A stretch of DNA of 61,038 nt from a virus (taxonomy: Duplodnaviria > Caudoviricetes): the IMG/VR virus record IMGVR_UViG_3300025168_017075, positions 1 to 61,038 of that record. One strand, written 5' to 3'. The notes under the pieces were generated by a model, which worked only from the letters and a program-made list of their open reading frames with translations, did no database searches and was not told where the DNA came from. Positions 18,993-27,700 of this stretch are shown piece by piece. Position 1 is the stretch's first letter. Each line of letters begins with the position of its first letter. A program made the position numbers and the translations under genes.

Positions 18993-19791
18993 AATAGGAA
19001 TAAACCATAACGGCTCCATGGAGCAGGCTAAAAAGTTAATCAATGCATCAAAAGTTGCGGGATGTGACTTTGTAAAATTCCAAAAGAGAACACCAGAGAT
19101 ATGCGTCCCAGAAGAGCAGAAAGGAAAATTAAGAGATACTCCTTGGGGAGAAATGAAGTATATTGATTACAAGCATAAGATAGAGTTTGAAAAAGAAGAA
19201 TATGATGAGATTGAAGAATATTGCAAAGTAATAGGTATCAAGTGGTTCGCTTCAGTTTGGGATATCCCATCAATTGAGTTTATGAAGGGTTATACTAATA
19301 TTGGAAAGATACCTTCTGCTTTGATTACAGATCGTGAACTAATGAAAGCAGCAAGAGAAGCTTTTGAAGTTCTAATAATATCAACAGGCATGAGTACAGA
19401 GGAAGAAATTGAAGAGGCAGTTAGGGTTGGCAAGCCCGATGTGATTATGCACACCAATTCATCTTACCCATCCAAGGTCGAAGAATTAAATTTAAATTAC
19501 ATTACACACCTGAAAGAAAAGTATCCAGATGCTAGCATCGGTTATAGCGGACACGAATTCGGACTGACCACAACTTTTGCCACGATCCCACTGGGTTCAG
19601 AGTGGATAGAAAGACACATAACCCTCGATAGGACTTTATGGGGCAGCGACCAGATGGCGTCAGTTGAGCCACACGGAATGATAAAACTTGTAAAGGGAAT
19701 CAAGGATATTGAGAAGTCCCTAGGTTCGACAGGTCCAAGAAAATTACTGGGCTCTGAATTATCAAAAAGAAAATCATTGAGAGGTAATTGA
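18973..19791 (+). CDS. neuB: N-acetylneuraminate/nonulosonate synthase family, without SAF domain
   Basis: IIAEIGINHNG, VKFQKR, ISTGMS, GYSGHE and IERHITLD motifs. Confidence 0.93.
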   Translation: MTKIIAEIGINHNGSMEQAKKLINASKVAGCDFVKFQKRTPEICVPEEQKGKLRDTPWGEMKYIDYKHKIEFEKEEYDEIEEYCKVIGIKWFASVWDIPSIEFMKGYTNIGKIPSALITDRELMKAAREAFEVLIISTGMSTEEEIEEAVRVGKPDVIMHTNSSYPSKVEELNLNYITHLKEKYPDASIGYSGHEFGLTTTFATIPLGSEWIERHITLDRTLWGSDQMASVEPHGMIKLVKGIKDIEKSLGSTGPRKLLGSELSKRKSLRGN

Positions 19792-20108
19792 TGATTGTTT
19801 ATGTCGACATAGACGAAACAATATGTGAATCTCCAGAAAGCAGAGATTACTCCAAGGCAAAGCCTTTGTTCAAAAATATAAAAAAGATAAATAACCTATA
19901 TGATGAGGGAAATCAAATTGTGTACTGGACAGCCAGAGGGACAGGATCTGGCATTGACTGGGAAGAGATCACAACGGAACAATTCAAAAGATGGGGAGTC
20001 AAGCATCATGAGATTAAATTTGGCAAACCAATTTATGATCTTTTCATAGACGACAAAAATATTAATTCAAATTCTTTTTTTGAGAGAACAGATGATAAGA
20101 TTAGCTGA
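19791..20108 (+). CDS. small HAD-superfamily phosphatase
   Basis: VDIDET, WTARG, KP and FIDDK motifs. Confidence 0.82.
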   Translation: MIVYVDIDETICESPESRDYSKAKPLFKNIKKINNLYDEGNQIVYWTARGTGSGIDWEEITTEQFKRWGVKHHEIKFGKPIYDLFIDDKNINSNSFFERTDDKIS

Positions 20109-21243
20109 AAAAATAATAGACAACGAAGATATAGAAAATCTCAAGGGCTGGCTTGATAAAACTGATATCTATACAAAGGGAGAAGAGACGATCATGTTTG
20201 AGAAAGAGTGGTCGGAGTGGATAGGCACAGACTATTCTGTGTTTGTTAATTCTGGATCTTCTGCTAATTTATTGGTAGTTCTGTCCATGATCCATGCAAA
20301 CAAATTAAGAAATAAGAAAATAATCGTACCAGCAGTTAGTTGGGTAACCACTGTATCGCCAGCAATGCAGCTTGGCCTTGAGCCGATACTTTGCGATGCA
20401 GATAAGGATGATCTAGGTTTCGACATTCAAGACTTTGAAAGGCTTTGTAAAGAACACAGACCATCAGCAGCTATTTTAGTACATGTTTTAGGTCACTCCA
20501 ACAAGATGGAGCAGTTAATGTCCATATGTAAAAAGTATGATGTCTTGCTTGTAGAAGATTGTTGTGAGGCTTATGGTAGCCAAATAGGAAACAAAAAGCT
20601 TGGAACGTTTGGTTTGGCTAGCACTTTTTCTTTTTTCTATGGGCATCAAATGTCGACTATCGAGGGCGGAATGGTTTCTACTAACGACAGAGAGCTTTAC
20701 AATGTTATGCTCTCAATAAGATCCCATGGCTGGTTAAGGGACAACGAAGAGTATTTTAGAGACAGACATATGAAAGAAAATGGGATAGTTGATGAATTCA
20801 ACCACAAATACTTTTTTGTTTATCCAGGATTAAATGTCAGAAACACTGACTTGAGCGCTTTTTTGGGTAGAAATCAATTAAAGAAAATTGATACTTTTGT
20901 GGAAAACAGAGACAGAAACTATAAAAGATTTTTACAAAACTTGGAAGGGCACACATGGGTCCAAAAAAGCGAAACAAGCCCCACATCTGCTTTGGCATTT
21001 GGGGTGATAGATCAATCAAAGAAGAGCATAACGAAAGCGTTGATTGAGAATAATATTGAATGTCGCCCTTTAATTTGTGGTTCTATTCAAGAACATCCTT
21101 TCTGGAACAAAGAATATCCAAAAAGAGATTTGCCAAACGCATCAAGAGTGCATAAATATGGTTTTTATGTGCCGTGCCATCAAGACTTGACAATCGACGA
21201 AGTTGACAAGATTAGTGAAATTATTATTCAAGGACGGATATAG
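20092..21243 (+). CDS. DegT-family PLP enzyme of ColD/E1 type (NDP-4-keto-6-deoxyhexose 3-dehydratase)
   Basis: NSGSSANL, VPAVSWVT and EDCCE motifs; SFFYGHQMSTIEGG has His at the usual Lys position. Confidence 0.82.
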   Translation: MIRLAEKIIDNEDIENLKGWLDKTDIYTKGEETIMFEKEWSEWIGTDYSVFVNSGSSANLLVVLSMIHANKLRNKKIIVPAVSWVTTVSPAMQLGLEPILCDADKDDLGFDIQDFERLCKEHRPSAAILVHVLGHSNKMEQLMSICKKYDVLLVEDCCEAYGSQIGNKKLGTFGLASTFSFFYGHQMSTIEGGMVSTNDRELYNVMLSIRSHGWLRDNEEYFRDRHMKENGIVDEFNHKYFFVYPGLNVRNTDLSAFLGRNQLKKIDTFVENRDRNYKRFLQNLEGHTWVQKSETSPTSALAFGVIDQSKKSITKALIENNIECRPLICGSIQEHPFWNKEYPKRDLPNASRVHKYGFYVPCHQDLTIDEVDKISEIIIQGRI

Positions 21244-21245
21244 AT

Positions 21246-22502
21246 ATGAAATGTAGAATTTCAAATAAAGAAACAACAGAAGTTTTTACACTGGGACAAC
21301 TACAGATGTCTGACTTCGTTGAGGGTGATGAAGAGCCTAGAACTGGTGTTGGCGAACTCAAGCTGATGCTTTGTGAGGAATCAGGCCTTCTTCAATTAGA
21401 AGAAACGCTGCCGCTTGAATCAATGTACGGAAAATACTGGTATAGATCTGGCACAAATGATACCATGAAGGGGAAACTTAAAGACGTCGCAGAATCCTGC
21501 TTGTCTTCTGTCTCTATGGAAGATGGAGATGTTTTTTTGGACATCGCCTGTAACGACGGAACAATGCTTGGCTATGTGCCAGACAACATTATTAAGGTTG
21601 GAATAGACCCCGCAGATGATTCTTTTTTGGAAGAATCCAGAACTCGCGCAGATGAGGTTGTGCAAGACTTTTTTAGCGCTGAATCTTATAAAAAAACAAA
21701 GTATGGCAGCATAAGTCCTAAAATTATAACTACTATTGCAATGTTTTACGATCTGGACAAGCCATTGCCTTTTGCGGAGGATGTTAAAGAAATTCTACAT
21801 GATGATGGAATATGGGTATTACAACTTAGCTACACTCCTCTCATGATAAAACAATTAGCTTTTGACAATATATGTCACGAACACATATGCTACTACTCCT
21901 TGGAATCAATTAAGTATCTAATGGACAAAGTTGGTTTTGATATAGTAGATTGTATTCTAGATGATGTTAACGGAGGAAGCTTCCGCATTTATCTTATGAA
22001 ATCTGAAGCGGACAAAACAAAATTTAGAAACCAACAACAAAGAGACGTTGCCGACTTTAGGGTCAATTCTATCCTCGAATACGAAAAATCATTAAAACTA
22101 AAAGATCCAGAAACCTATAGGGATTTTTATAAACAAATATGCAACCTAAGAGACAAAACGGTTTCTTTTATTGAGAAAGAGAAAGAAAAGGGTAAGAGCA
22201 TATGGGGATATGGAGCCTCTACAAAAGGAAGCACTTTGATGCAGTGGTACGGACTCAACCATGAACATGTTGATTTTATCGCTGAGAGGTCTGAGTATAA
22301 ATTTGGAATGAAAACAGCTGGCACATCTATCCCGATATGTTCTGAAGACAAGATGAGAAAAGAGCAGCCTGATTATTTACTAATATTGCCATGGCATTTT
22401 ATAGCAGAATTCTCCCAGAGAGAAAAAGAATATATCGATAATGGTGGAAAGTTTATTGTTCCGTGCCCAAAATTCATGATATACCCTAGCGAGGATAAAT
22501 AA
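21246..22502 (+). CDS. NDP-hexose C-methyltransferase (TylC3/NovU-like)
   Basis: YWYRSG, DIACNDG, FDNICHEH, NGGSFR, YGASTKG and LPWHF motifs. Confidence 0.88.
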   Translation: MKCRISNKETTEVFTLGQLQMSDFVEGDEEPRTGVGELKLMLCEESGLLQLEETLPLESMYGKYWYRSGTNDTMKGKLKDVAESCLSSVSMEDGDVFLDIACNDGTMLGYVPDNIIKVGIDPADDSFLEESRTRADEVVQDFFSAESYKKTKYGSISPKIITTIAMFYDLDKPLPFAEDVKEILHDDGIWVLQLSYTPLMIKQLAFDNICHEHICYYSLESIKYLMDKVGFDIVDCILDDVNGGSFRIYLMKSEADKTKFRNQQQRDVADFRVNSILEYEKSLKLKDPETYRDFYKQICNLRDKTVSFIEKEKEKGKSIWGYGASTKGSTLMQWYGLNHEHVDFIAERSEYKFGMKTAGTSIPICSEDKMRKEQPDYLLILPWHFIAEFSQREKEYIDNGGKFIVPCPKFMIYPSEDK

Positions 22503-23443
22503 TGGATATTTTATCAGTACAAGAAAAGGTGCTTGTCACCGGCGGAACCGGCATGCTCGGCGTTGCCTTGCAAAAGATTATGCCAAACGCAAATTATGTT
22601 GGTAGCGAATTTGATTTGACAAGCTTTGATGAAACTATGAAATTATTTTACACAACAAAGCCAGAATATGTAATTCATTTAGCGGCAAAAGTTAGCGGAA
22701 TGAAAGGAAATATGGACGCTATAGGAGAGCATTATACGCATAATGTTCTTATGAATACAAATGTTTTGGAAGTAAGTAGGATATTCAAAGTAAAGAAGTT
22801 GTTGTCGGTGTTAAGCACTTGTGTTTATCCTAATGATGCAAAGCTTCCATTGGTAGAAGAAGACATTCACTATGGAGAGCCCCATTCTACAAACTTGGGA
22901 TATGGATTCTCGAAAAGAATGGTAGATGTTCAGGCAAGAACCTACAGAAGACAATATGGAGTTAACTACGTTAATGTTATTCCGAACAATCTTTTTGGAG
23001 AAAATGATAATTTTCATTTGGTAAACAGCCATGTAATCCCTTCAGTAATAAGAAAAGTACACGAGGCAAGAACAAATAACACTCCCTTGGTATTGTGGGG
23101 AGACGGAAGCCCCATGAGAGAGTTTACTTACTCTAGAGATTTGGCCAAAATTATTATTTTTTCTTTTGACAATCATGATGGAATTCATCCAATTAATGTT
23201 GGTAATCCTGGAGAATATTCGATTAAAGAGCTAGCAGAGACTGTTTGCGACATAATGGACTATAGGGAGCCCATCACATGGAACACAAACGTAAGCAATG
23301 GACAGCCGAGAAAACCTTCCGACAATACAAAATTTTTGGAACTCGGATGGAAAAACAATAATTATACAGATTTTAGGGATGCTTTAGAAGAGACCTGTAA
23401 GTGGTTTTTAGATAATTATCCAAATGTTAGAGGTGTAGAATGA
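22502..23443 (+). CDS. fcl: GDP-L-fucose synthase family (Fcl/WcaG/ColC)
   Basis: [30 protein letters not shown] and [10 protein letters not shown] motifs. Confidence 0.9.
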   Translation: MDILSVQEKVLVTGGTGMLGVALQKIMPNANYVGSEFDLTSFDETMKLFYTTKPEYVIHLAAKVSGMKGNMDAIGEHYTHNVLMNTNVLEVSRIFKVKKLLSVLSTCVYPNDAKLPLVEEDIHYGEPHSTNLGYGFSKRMVDVQARTYRRQYGVNYVNVIPNNLFGENDNFHLVNSHVIPSVIRKVHEARTNNTPLVLWGDGSPMREFTYSRDLAKIIIFSFDNHDGIHPINVGNPGEYSIKELAETVCDIMDYREPITWNTNVSNGQPRKPSDNTKFLELGWKNNNYTDFRDALEETCKWFLDNYPNVRGVE

Positions 23444-24414
23444 GAACCGCTTTAATAACTGGTGTTACGGGACAGGATGGATCTTATTTAGCAGAATTTT
23501 TGCTAGAAAAAGGTTATAGAGTAGTCGGACTAAAAAGAAGAACATCAACAATAACCACAGATCGCATTGATCATATATTTGATAATCCTAATTTTATTCT
23601 TCGGTATTTCGAACTTAATGATGTTGGGAGCATGTGGAGATTGTTGCAAGAGTATAAGCCAGATGAAATATACAATCTAGCGGCCCAGTCTCATGTGCGC
23701 GTGTCCTTCGAAATACCAGAGAGCACGGCTGATGGCGTAGCTTTGGGTACAATGAGATTATTAGAAGCAGCAAGGCATGTCGTCCCAGATGTGCGTTTTT
23801 ATCAAGCATCATCATCAGAAATGTTCGGAGATAATCCAGAATACCCACAAAGCGAAGATACTGCATTGATGCCAGCATCGCCATATGCTTGCGCGAAGGT
23901 GTTTTCACACCACTTAATACGAAACTACCGAGTCGGATACGGCATGCATGCTTCGTCAGGTATCCTATTCAATCACGAGTCTCCCCGAAGAGGCGAGACT
24001 TTTGTTACAAGAAAAATTACATTAGCAGCGGCAAGAATTAAACTTGGACTGCAAGACAAGCTCTATCTCGGAAATCTTGATTCAAAACGAGATTGGGGAT
24101 TTGCTGGAGACTATGTTGAAATGATGTGGTTAATGTTACAACAGGAAGAACCAGACGACTATGTTGTTGCAACGGGCAGAACATATACCGTAAGGGCCTT
24201 TCTGGAGGTTGTTTTCGAACATGCGGGCCTAGACATAGAAAAGTATGTAGAAATCGATGAGCGGCTATTTAGGCCACAAGAAGTACCGCTTTTGCTGGGT
24301 GACCCATCAAAAGCAAGAAGAAAACTCAATTGGGTTCCAAAAGTGGGATTTGAAGAGTTAGCAAAAATGATGTATGAATCAGATCTTAAAAAGATCAAAG
24401 GAAATATAAAATGA
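23440..24414 (+). CDS. gmd: GDP-mannose 4,6-dehydratase
   Basis: [36 protein letters not shown] and [18 protein letters not shown] motifs. Confidence 0.97.
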   Translation: MRTALITGVTGQDGSYLAEFLLEKGYRVVGLKRRTSTITTDRIDHIFDNPNFILRYFELNDVGSMWRLLQEYKPDEIYNLAAQSHVRVSFEIPESTADGVALGTMRLLEAARHVVPDVRFYQASSSEMFGDNPEYPQSEDTALMPASPYACAKVFSHHLIRNYRVGYGMHASSGILFNHESPRRGETFVTRKITLAAARIKLGLQDKLYLGNLDSKRDWGFAGDYVEMMWLMLQQEEPDDYVVATGRTYTVRAFLEVVFEHAGLDIEKYVEIDERLFRPQEVPLLLGDPSKARRKLNWVPKVGFEELAKMMYESDLKKIKGNIK

Positions 24415-24602
24415 AAGAAATGAAACTAACCGATCAAGCAGTGGGCGCACTTATGATGGCACTACAGAAATCATTAATGGAGCAAAGTGATATTGTTCCG
24501 GTTATAAAAGGCTTTAGAATTAAATTGTCAGAAGAGGGCTTGGTTGTTATCAATCCTCCAGTAGTCAAACTTTCAGAGAATGTTGACTTAGAGGAAGAGT
24601 AG
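24411..24602 (+). CDS. hypothetical protein (63 aa)
   Basis: ORF coupled to the gmd stop, with RBS AAGGA. Confidence 0.65.
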   Translation: MKEMKLTDQAVGALMMALQKSLMEQSDIVPVIKGFRIKLSEEGLVVINPPVVKLSENVDLEEE

Positions 24603-24605
24603 TAA

Positions 24606-24860
24606 TTGCCTAAATATACTTACAAGTGTAAAGAGTGCAAAAATTGTTTTGATATTGTTCATAGCATGCTTGTTAAGTTAAAAGATTGTGATGCCTGCAA
24701 TACGATTGGCACACTATTTAGAGTTCCTTCTGTAAATTATTCTATGATTAATAAAGAAGACAAAGGTCCAAAAACTGGGTCAGTTGTTAAGGAATTTATT
24801 GAAGACGCTAAACAAGATTTAAAAAAAGAAAAAGCAGAAATGCAAAGAGAAGAGTATTAA
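24606..24860 (+). CDS. FmdB-family zinc-ribbon protein
   Basis: MPKYTYKCKEC...F...CDAC pattern; TTG start after GAGGA. Confidence 0.8.
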   Translation: MPKYTYKCKECKNCFDIVHSMLVKLKDCDACNTIGTLFRVPSVNYSMINKEDKGPKTGSVVKEFIEDAKQDLKKEKAEMQREEY

Positions 24861-25238
24861 ATGGAAAATATTAATGGAACATTGTTGGGTTTTTTGTTTG
24901 CCTCCGCATCTTTAAATATATTTTTGCTTTGGTTTCTTGTTAAATCACTGCGTAAATTATTATTTGTATCTTATAATTTAGAAGATATAGATGAAGCAAT
25001 AAACAACTATAGGGAACATTTAAAGTCTGTATATGAGTTAGAGACTTTTTATGGTGATCAGACCCTGCAAGGCTTATTAACTCATTCTTATGGGTTGGCA
25101 GAATTTTTAGAACAATTTGAGGATATATATGAAATATCATACGATGAACAATCGGAGGAAGAAAATGATGAAAGAAGAGAACAAGCCTACGGCGAATATT
25201 CCCCCTCCGAAGAAGAGGAAGAGGAGAAAAAAGGCTAA
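24861..25238 (+). CDS. single-pass membrane protein
   Basis: N-terminal TM helix (LLGFLFASASLNIFLLWFLV); acidic tail. Confidence 0.7.
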   Translation: MENINGTLLGFLFASASLNIFLLWFLVKSLRKLLFVSYNLEDIDEAINNYREHLKSVYELETFYGDQTLQGLLTHSYGLAEFLEQFEDIYEISYDEQSEEENDERREQAYGEYSPSEEEEEEKKG

Positions 25239-25902
25239 AAGATTATATTTTACGCAGGTGCACGAGGACGCGATAGTTGAGTATGTCGCCACCGATAGTA
25301 TAAAAGTAAGAACAGAACTATATGTAAACTACATAGGCCCCGCCTTAGATGAGATGGTGGACAAAATTGTTTTTACATATAAGTTTACAAACCTTCCAAA
25401 TATCGACTACCTTAGAGATGAGTGCAAGATTTGGCTAGTAACTATATTAGATAAATACGACCAAAGCAAAGGCTCAAAGGCTTTTTCTTATTTCAGCGTC
25501 ATAACAAAAAATTGGTTTATACATCAAGTAAAGAAGCGCGGTAAAAAGAATCGATTGGAAGTCGACATTAATGAGATGCCAAGAGAACAAGAATTAAAAC
25601 ATGTATCCATAGAAAATCCCTATCAGGAAAATAGAGAACATGATGAATTTTTTATATTTTTAAGACAAGAGATAGACTCTTGGGAACACAAAAATATGAA
25701 AGAAAATGAAGAAAAGGTTCTAAATGCAGTTAAAATATTGTTTGAAAGCTCTTCTGATATAGAAATTTTCAATAAGAAAGCTATTTACCTATATCTAAGA
25801 GAGATAACTGGCTTGAATACAAAACAGGTTGTTAACAACCTAAATAAAATGAGAGTCAAATACAAAGTTTTTAAAAAGAAGTGGGAGATGGGAGACTTAT
25901 GA
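25165..25902 (+). CDS. phage-encoded sigma factor (T4 gp55-like, putative late transcription)
   Basis: KYDQSKGSKAFSYFSVITKNWF resembles sigma region 2 (FDPxKG...F..Y); C-terminal HTH-like LREITGLNTKQV; start chosen after GGAGG. Confidence 0.65.
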   Translation: MMKEENKPTANIPPPKKRKRRKKAKRLYFTQVHEDAIVEYVATDSIKVRTELYVNYIGPALDEMVDKIVFTYKFTNLPNIDYLRDECKIWLVTILDKYDQSKGSKAFSYFSVITKNWFIHQVKKRGKKNRLEVDINEMPREQELKHVSIENPYQENREHDEFFIFLRQEIDSWEHKNMKENEEKVLNAVKILFESSSDIEIFNKKAIYLYLREITGLNTKQVVNNLNKMRVKYKVFKKKWEMGDL

Positions 25903-26198
25903 AAAACCTCGATCATTATCTAAAAGATGCTATAGATAATATAAAAGAAGATCGTGAAGTTACACGAGAACTTCTAGATGATGTCATGAGGTACCTTTCA
26001 AAGTCAGAAGAACACCATCGTTCAGTTGGTCCTGTGGCTGCAAAATATGTTGAAACGTTGCAGCGCTCAAACGAACAGTTAGTTAAGGTCTCTACGATTA
26101 TCCAAAAACAACAACAAGGAGAGACTGGATTGTCAGATGATGACAAAGCAGATATCTTTGACATGCTCCAGGGAAAAGACGCGGATGAGCAACAGTAG
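25899..26198 (+). CDS. hypothetical helical protein
   Basis: ATGA overlap, RBS GGAG, helical pattern. Confidence 0.7.
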   Translation: MKNLDHYLKDAIDNIKEDREVTRELLDDVMRYLSKSEEHHRSVGPVAAKYVETLQRSNEQLVKVSTIIQKQQQGETGLSDDDKADIFDMLQGKDADEQQ

Positions 26199-26799
26199 CT
26201 GGAAACCAAATATTTTTGAGCTGAATCCTCACTCAAAAGATTCTATGGGCGAATATGATAGAGCCGCTGATGCTGATGGGATTGATCCGCTATATAAGGT
26301 TAGGGTCGCTATTAATGGATTTTATGAAGAAAAAAATAAATTAAAAATAAATTCATCATGGAAGGCCATATGTTTACATTCTCATGTTCAATATTTTGAT
26401 GATTCAAAGTCATATTCATTGGCTTCTTTTTTTAATAAAAACGATGTGGGGGTAATTACCGTTATAGCTAGAATTCCAGAACTTGACTCTATTATTCCAT
26501 TCCCAGACGTAACTGGAGAGTCACAGAATTTATCGGATATATCAGCCAAACACTTGGGCATGCACAGAAAATTTACAAAAAGAATTGAAAGCCAAAAAGA
26601 CATATCAACAATACCTTCTCCTGGCGATATAATTGAGGTCGACTTCGAGGGCGGTTCGCATTTAACTGGGATTCCAATTTATTTGGGTATTTATGAAAGA
26701 GGTATCGGGATTATCCCAGATGGAAACAGCAGTGTTGATTCTGGAAAAGATGCTTTCTCTAGCAACGGCAACGTCAATACATTAGATGGAGTATCTTAA
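26185..26799 (+). CDS. putative baseplate hub/spike N-terminal (OB-like) protein
   Basis: VIARIPE and PSPGDIIEVDF...PIYLG resemble the gp5/gpV OB motif; lies just before the spike-like gene. Confidence 0.5.
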   Translation: MSNSSWKPNIFELNPHSKDSMGEYDRAADADGIDPLYKVRVAINGFYEEKNKLKINSSWKAICLHSHVQYFDDSKSYSLASFFNKNDVGVITVIARIPELDSIIPFPDVTGESQNLSDISAKHLGMHRKFTKRIESQKDISTIPSPGDIIEVDFEGGSHLTGIPIYLGIYERGIGIIPDGNSSVDSGKDAFSSNGNVNTLDGVS

Positions 26800-26801
26800 G
26801 A

Positions 26802-27692
26802 ATGGGCCTGACAAACAAAAGCAAACCTTCAGTAGATAGAAGAGAGACAGACGAGCAGAAAGCTGCATTAGAAGGTTCTGAATTTGGTTCCGGAATAGGC
26901 CTTAATAATGATCCTAGCTTTGAAAACCTTGTTGTCTTTGATCAGGCTCGCCGTGAAAAAGTACTTTCAAATGACGATTCTTATATTGTCCTTGGTGGGG
27001 ACAGAATAGCCAGTAAAGCCAGTGGTTATGGCGGCAAAGGTCATACCGGCGCACACATGATAGATTTAGTGGTTGGTAGAAATGATAGCTTAAAGGGTAA
27101 TCCTGTATTCGCCCATGACGCCGCAAGGGTATATATTTCTCAAAAAACTGATGTTGATCGATCTTTTGGATTGGTTGAAGGTACAGTGAAAAATCCAAAA
27201 GCTCGCTCTTCTGTAGCAATTAAAGCAGATGGAGTTAGGATCGTAGCTCGCGAGGGAATTAAGCTTGTAACTATGGGAAAGGGTACTTTGAATTCTCATG
27301 GAAACAAGCTTCAGACTTATACTGGTATTGATCTGATCGCGGGAAATGATGATAGTGAAATGGAGCCGATTGCCCTTGCCGATACGACGGCTGAAGCAAT
27401 GATGGCCATAATAGAATTAATAGAAAACCTTAGCACTATGACCGAGAGTTTCTGGAAAGAGCAAGTCAAGTATAATATTCAGATCGCATCCCATGTACAC
27501 GTATCCCCCGTTGGCCCAACAACTCCAGCACCAAATCTTGTGATTAGCGGAATACAGGCCACAATATTAGACGTTGCGAAAGCAGTGGCGCCAATGTATC
27601 TTCATCGGGTAAATTGTACACAAACTAAAGTTAATTACTGCAAGCCGTTCGCACAGAAATTTATTGGAAGCAGATATAATTACAGCAACTAG
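26802..27692 (+). CDS. putative baseplate central spike protein
   Basis: Beta-rich repeats and C-terminal ASHVHVSPVGPTTP (HxH spike-tip motif). Confidence 0.6.
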   Translation: MGLTNKSKPSVDRRETDEQKAALEGSEFGSGIGLNNDPSFENLVVFDQARREKVLSNDDSYIVLGGDRIASKASGYGGKGHTGAHMIDLVVGRNDSLKGNPVFAHDAARVYISQKTDVDRSFGLVEGTVKNPKARSSVAIKADGVRIVAREGIKLVTMGKGTLNSHGNKLQTYTGIDLIAGNDDSEMEPIALADTTAEAMMAIIELIENLSTMTESFWKEQVKYNIQIASHVHVSPVGPTTPAPNLVISGIQATILDVAKAVAPMYLHRVNCTQTKVNYCKPFAQKFIGSRYNYSN

Positions 27693-27700
27693 GTATAAAA

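Noticed and set aside
5222-24414. Bacterial O-antigen/capsule locus
   Set aside because: No flippase, polymerase, chain-length or export genes, and it is flanked on both sides by phage genes with continuous coupling.
25201-25242. Eukaryotic NLS-like PPPKKRKRRKK suggesting a eukaryotic virus
   Set aside because: Explained by the purine-rich overlap; SD sites, sigma70 promoters and baseplate genes indicate a bacteriophage.
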